Positions 62,694 to 64,000 of a stretch of 64,000 nucleotides of DNA are shown one piece after another. The notes below the pieces were generated by a model that did no database searches, was not told the DNA's origin, and saw nothing but the letters and a program-made list of their open reading frames with translations. Source of the DNA: Octopus bimaculoides (Eukaryota); the NCBI RefSeq assembly GCF_001194135.2, contig NC_068981.1, positions 129,561,963 through 129,625,962 of the forward strand. Direction: 5' to 3'. How positions within the stretch are numbered: position 1 is the first letter of the stretch; the number at the start of each line of letters is the position of its first letter. A program made the translations under genes and the position numbers.

Positions 62694-63957
62694 GGGGTTG
62701 AACAAAATAATGGAAACACCTAGCATCGTAATTTTGAAATATCTATAAAACTGTCAAAAGCTTGTTTATTTTTAGGTTTTTTGATTTATTATTCGTGTTG
62801 CTTAATATATTTTGCTAAAATTGCTGTTTCTTTTCAGATATCATCAGAAAAAGGTAATTAAAATTCATTAAAATGACAGATCTATTGGACTTTCAAAGAG
62901 GTCAAATTGTTGGTGCTCGTATGGCAAGCGCTAGCATAATGAAAACAGCTGAAATGTTTGGTGTATCAAGAAGTACTGTCCTGAAAGTAATGACAGCCCT
63001 TGAGAAAGAGTGAAAAATCTCCTTGTCGAAACAAAACTGCCGAAGAAAACCAAAACTTTCATTTAGGGACAGTGGGACTCTTATGCGAATTGTTAGAAAA
63101 GATCACAAAAGTACAGCTCCCAAAATTACTGCAGAGCTTAATGACCACCTTGAGAACCCAGTTTCCATAAAAACTGTTTGCCAGGAGCTGCACAAAACTG
63201 GATTTCACGAGAGGGCTGCAATCAGAAAACCACTACTTTCAAAAACAAACATTGTAAAGCATTTAGAGTGGAGTAAAAAACTACAGAATTGGTCCTTAGA
63301 GCAGTAGAAGAATGTTATTTTCTCGGACGAGTCATCCTTTACCTTGTTTCCAACCACTGGCCGAGTATACATGTGGAGACAGCCAAAAGAAGCATTTGAC
63401 CCAGACTGCTTTCTTCCAACTGTTAAACATGGAGGAGGATCTGTGATGATCTAGTGGGGCTATATCTTGGAAATTCGCTGGCCCAATGATTTCCCTTCAT
63501 GGCAGAATTAATAGTCAAGACTATTTAAGCATTTTATCTGATCAAATTCATCCTATGGTTGTGGAACTGTTTCCGGAGGGAAACACAATCTTTCAGGACG
63601 ATAATGCACCAATTCACACAGCTAAAGTTGTTACTGAATGGCATAAGAAACATTCTAGGGAAGTTGAACATCTTAATCAGGCCACCACAGTCCCCAGATC
63701 TCAATATTATTGAACATTTATGGTGCATTTTAGAAAAACAAGTAAGGAGTCGATATCCTCCACCATCATCACTACAAGAACGGGAGACTATTTTAGCTGA
63801 AGAACGGACAAAAATTCCTTTGGAAACAATTCAAACTTTGAACAAGTCCATACCTTGTAAAATTCAAGCTGTAATTACTGCCAAAGGCGGTCCTACCCCA
63901 TATTAAAATAAATTTGTTTGAAATTTCAAGGTGTTTCCATTATTTTGTCCAACTCCT
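62694..63957 (+). mobile_element. Tc1-like (DD34E) transposon, near full length, decayed
   Basis: TIRs GGGGTTGAACAAAATAATGGAAACACCT / AGGTGTTTCCATTATTTTGTCCAACTCC; transposase 62873-63906 with FSDES, VKHGGGSVM, FQDDNAPIH, PQSPDLNIIEHLW; internal stops and frameshifts. Confidence 0.95.
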
Positions 63958-64000
63958 TGGCCTTCGTTGACATGGAGAAAGCCTTTGACAGGGTCCCCCG
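63958..64000 (+). mobile_element. Start of an RTE RT fragment (LAFVDMEKAFDRVP)
   Basis: ttggccttcgttgacatggagaaagcctttgacagggtcccccg; same motif as ORF 51062-51448. Confidence 0.85.

Overview
AT-rich, microsatellite- and transposon-dense animal DNA with three assembly gaps (6843-7257, 44248-44846, 58251-58425). The repeat families look like those of octopus/cephalopods (inference, not verified). One host gene fills almost the whole window: the 5' part of EEA1 (early endosome antigen 1) on the minus strand. I traced 20 coding exons by hand from the ATG at 59809 to 1079 (2100 nt, 700 codons). All introns are GT-AG, phases match at every junction and there are no stops. The FYVE-domain end lies beyond the left edge. 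Unlike the one-finger human protein, this EEA1 has two tandem Rab5-binding-type C2H2 zinc-finger exons. The introns hold Penelope-like elements and inverted duplications carrying hammerhead-ribozyme motifs (one with a complete core, sense to the pre-mRNA), a tRNA-headed SINE-like unit with a hammerhead tail, and three tandem hammerhead relics. They also hold a Merlin transposon with TIRs and an 8-bp TSD, an LTR with a 4-bp TSD, Tc1 and mariner elements, a Helitron fragment, RTE LINE pieces, SINEs, piggyBac-type MITEs and several long foldbacks. Repeat boundaries are approximate unless a TIR or TSD is quoted.
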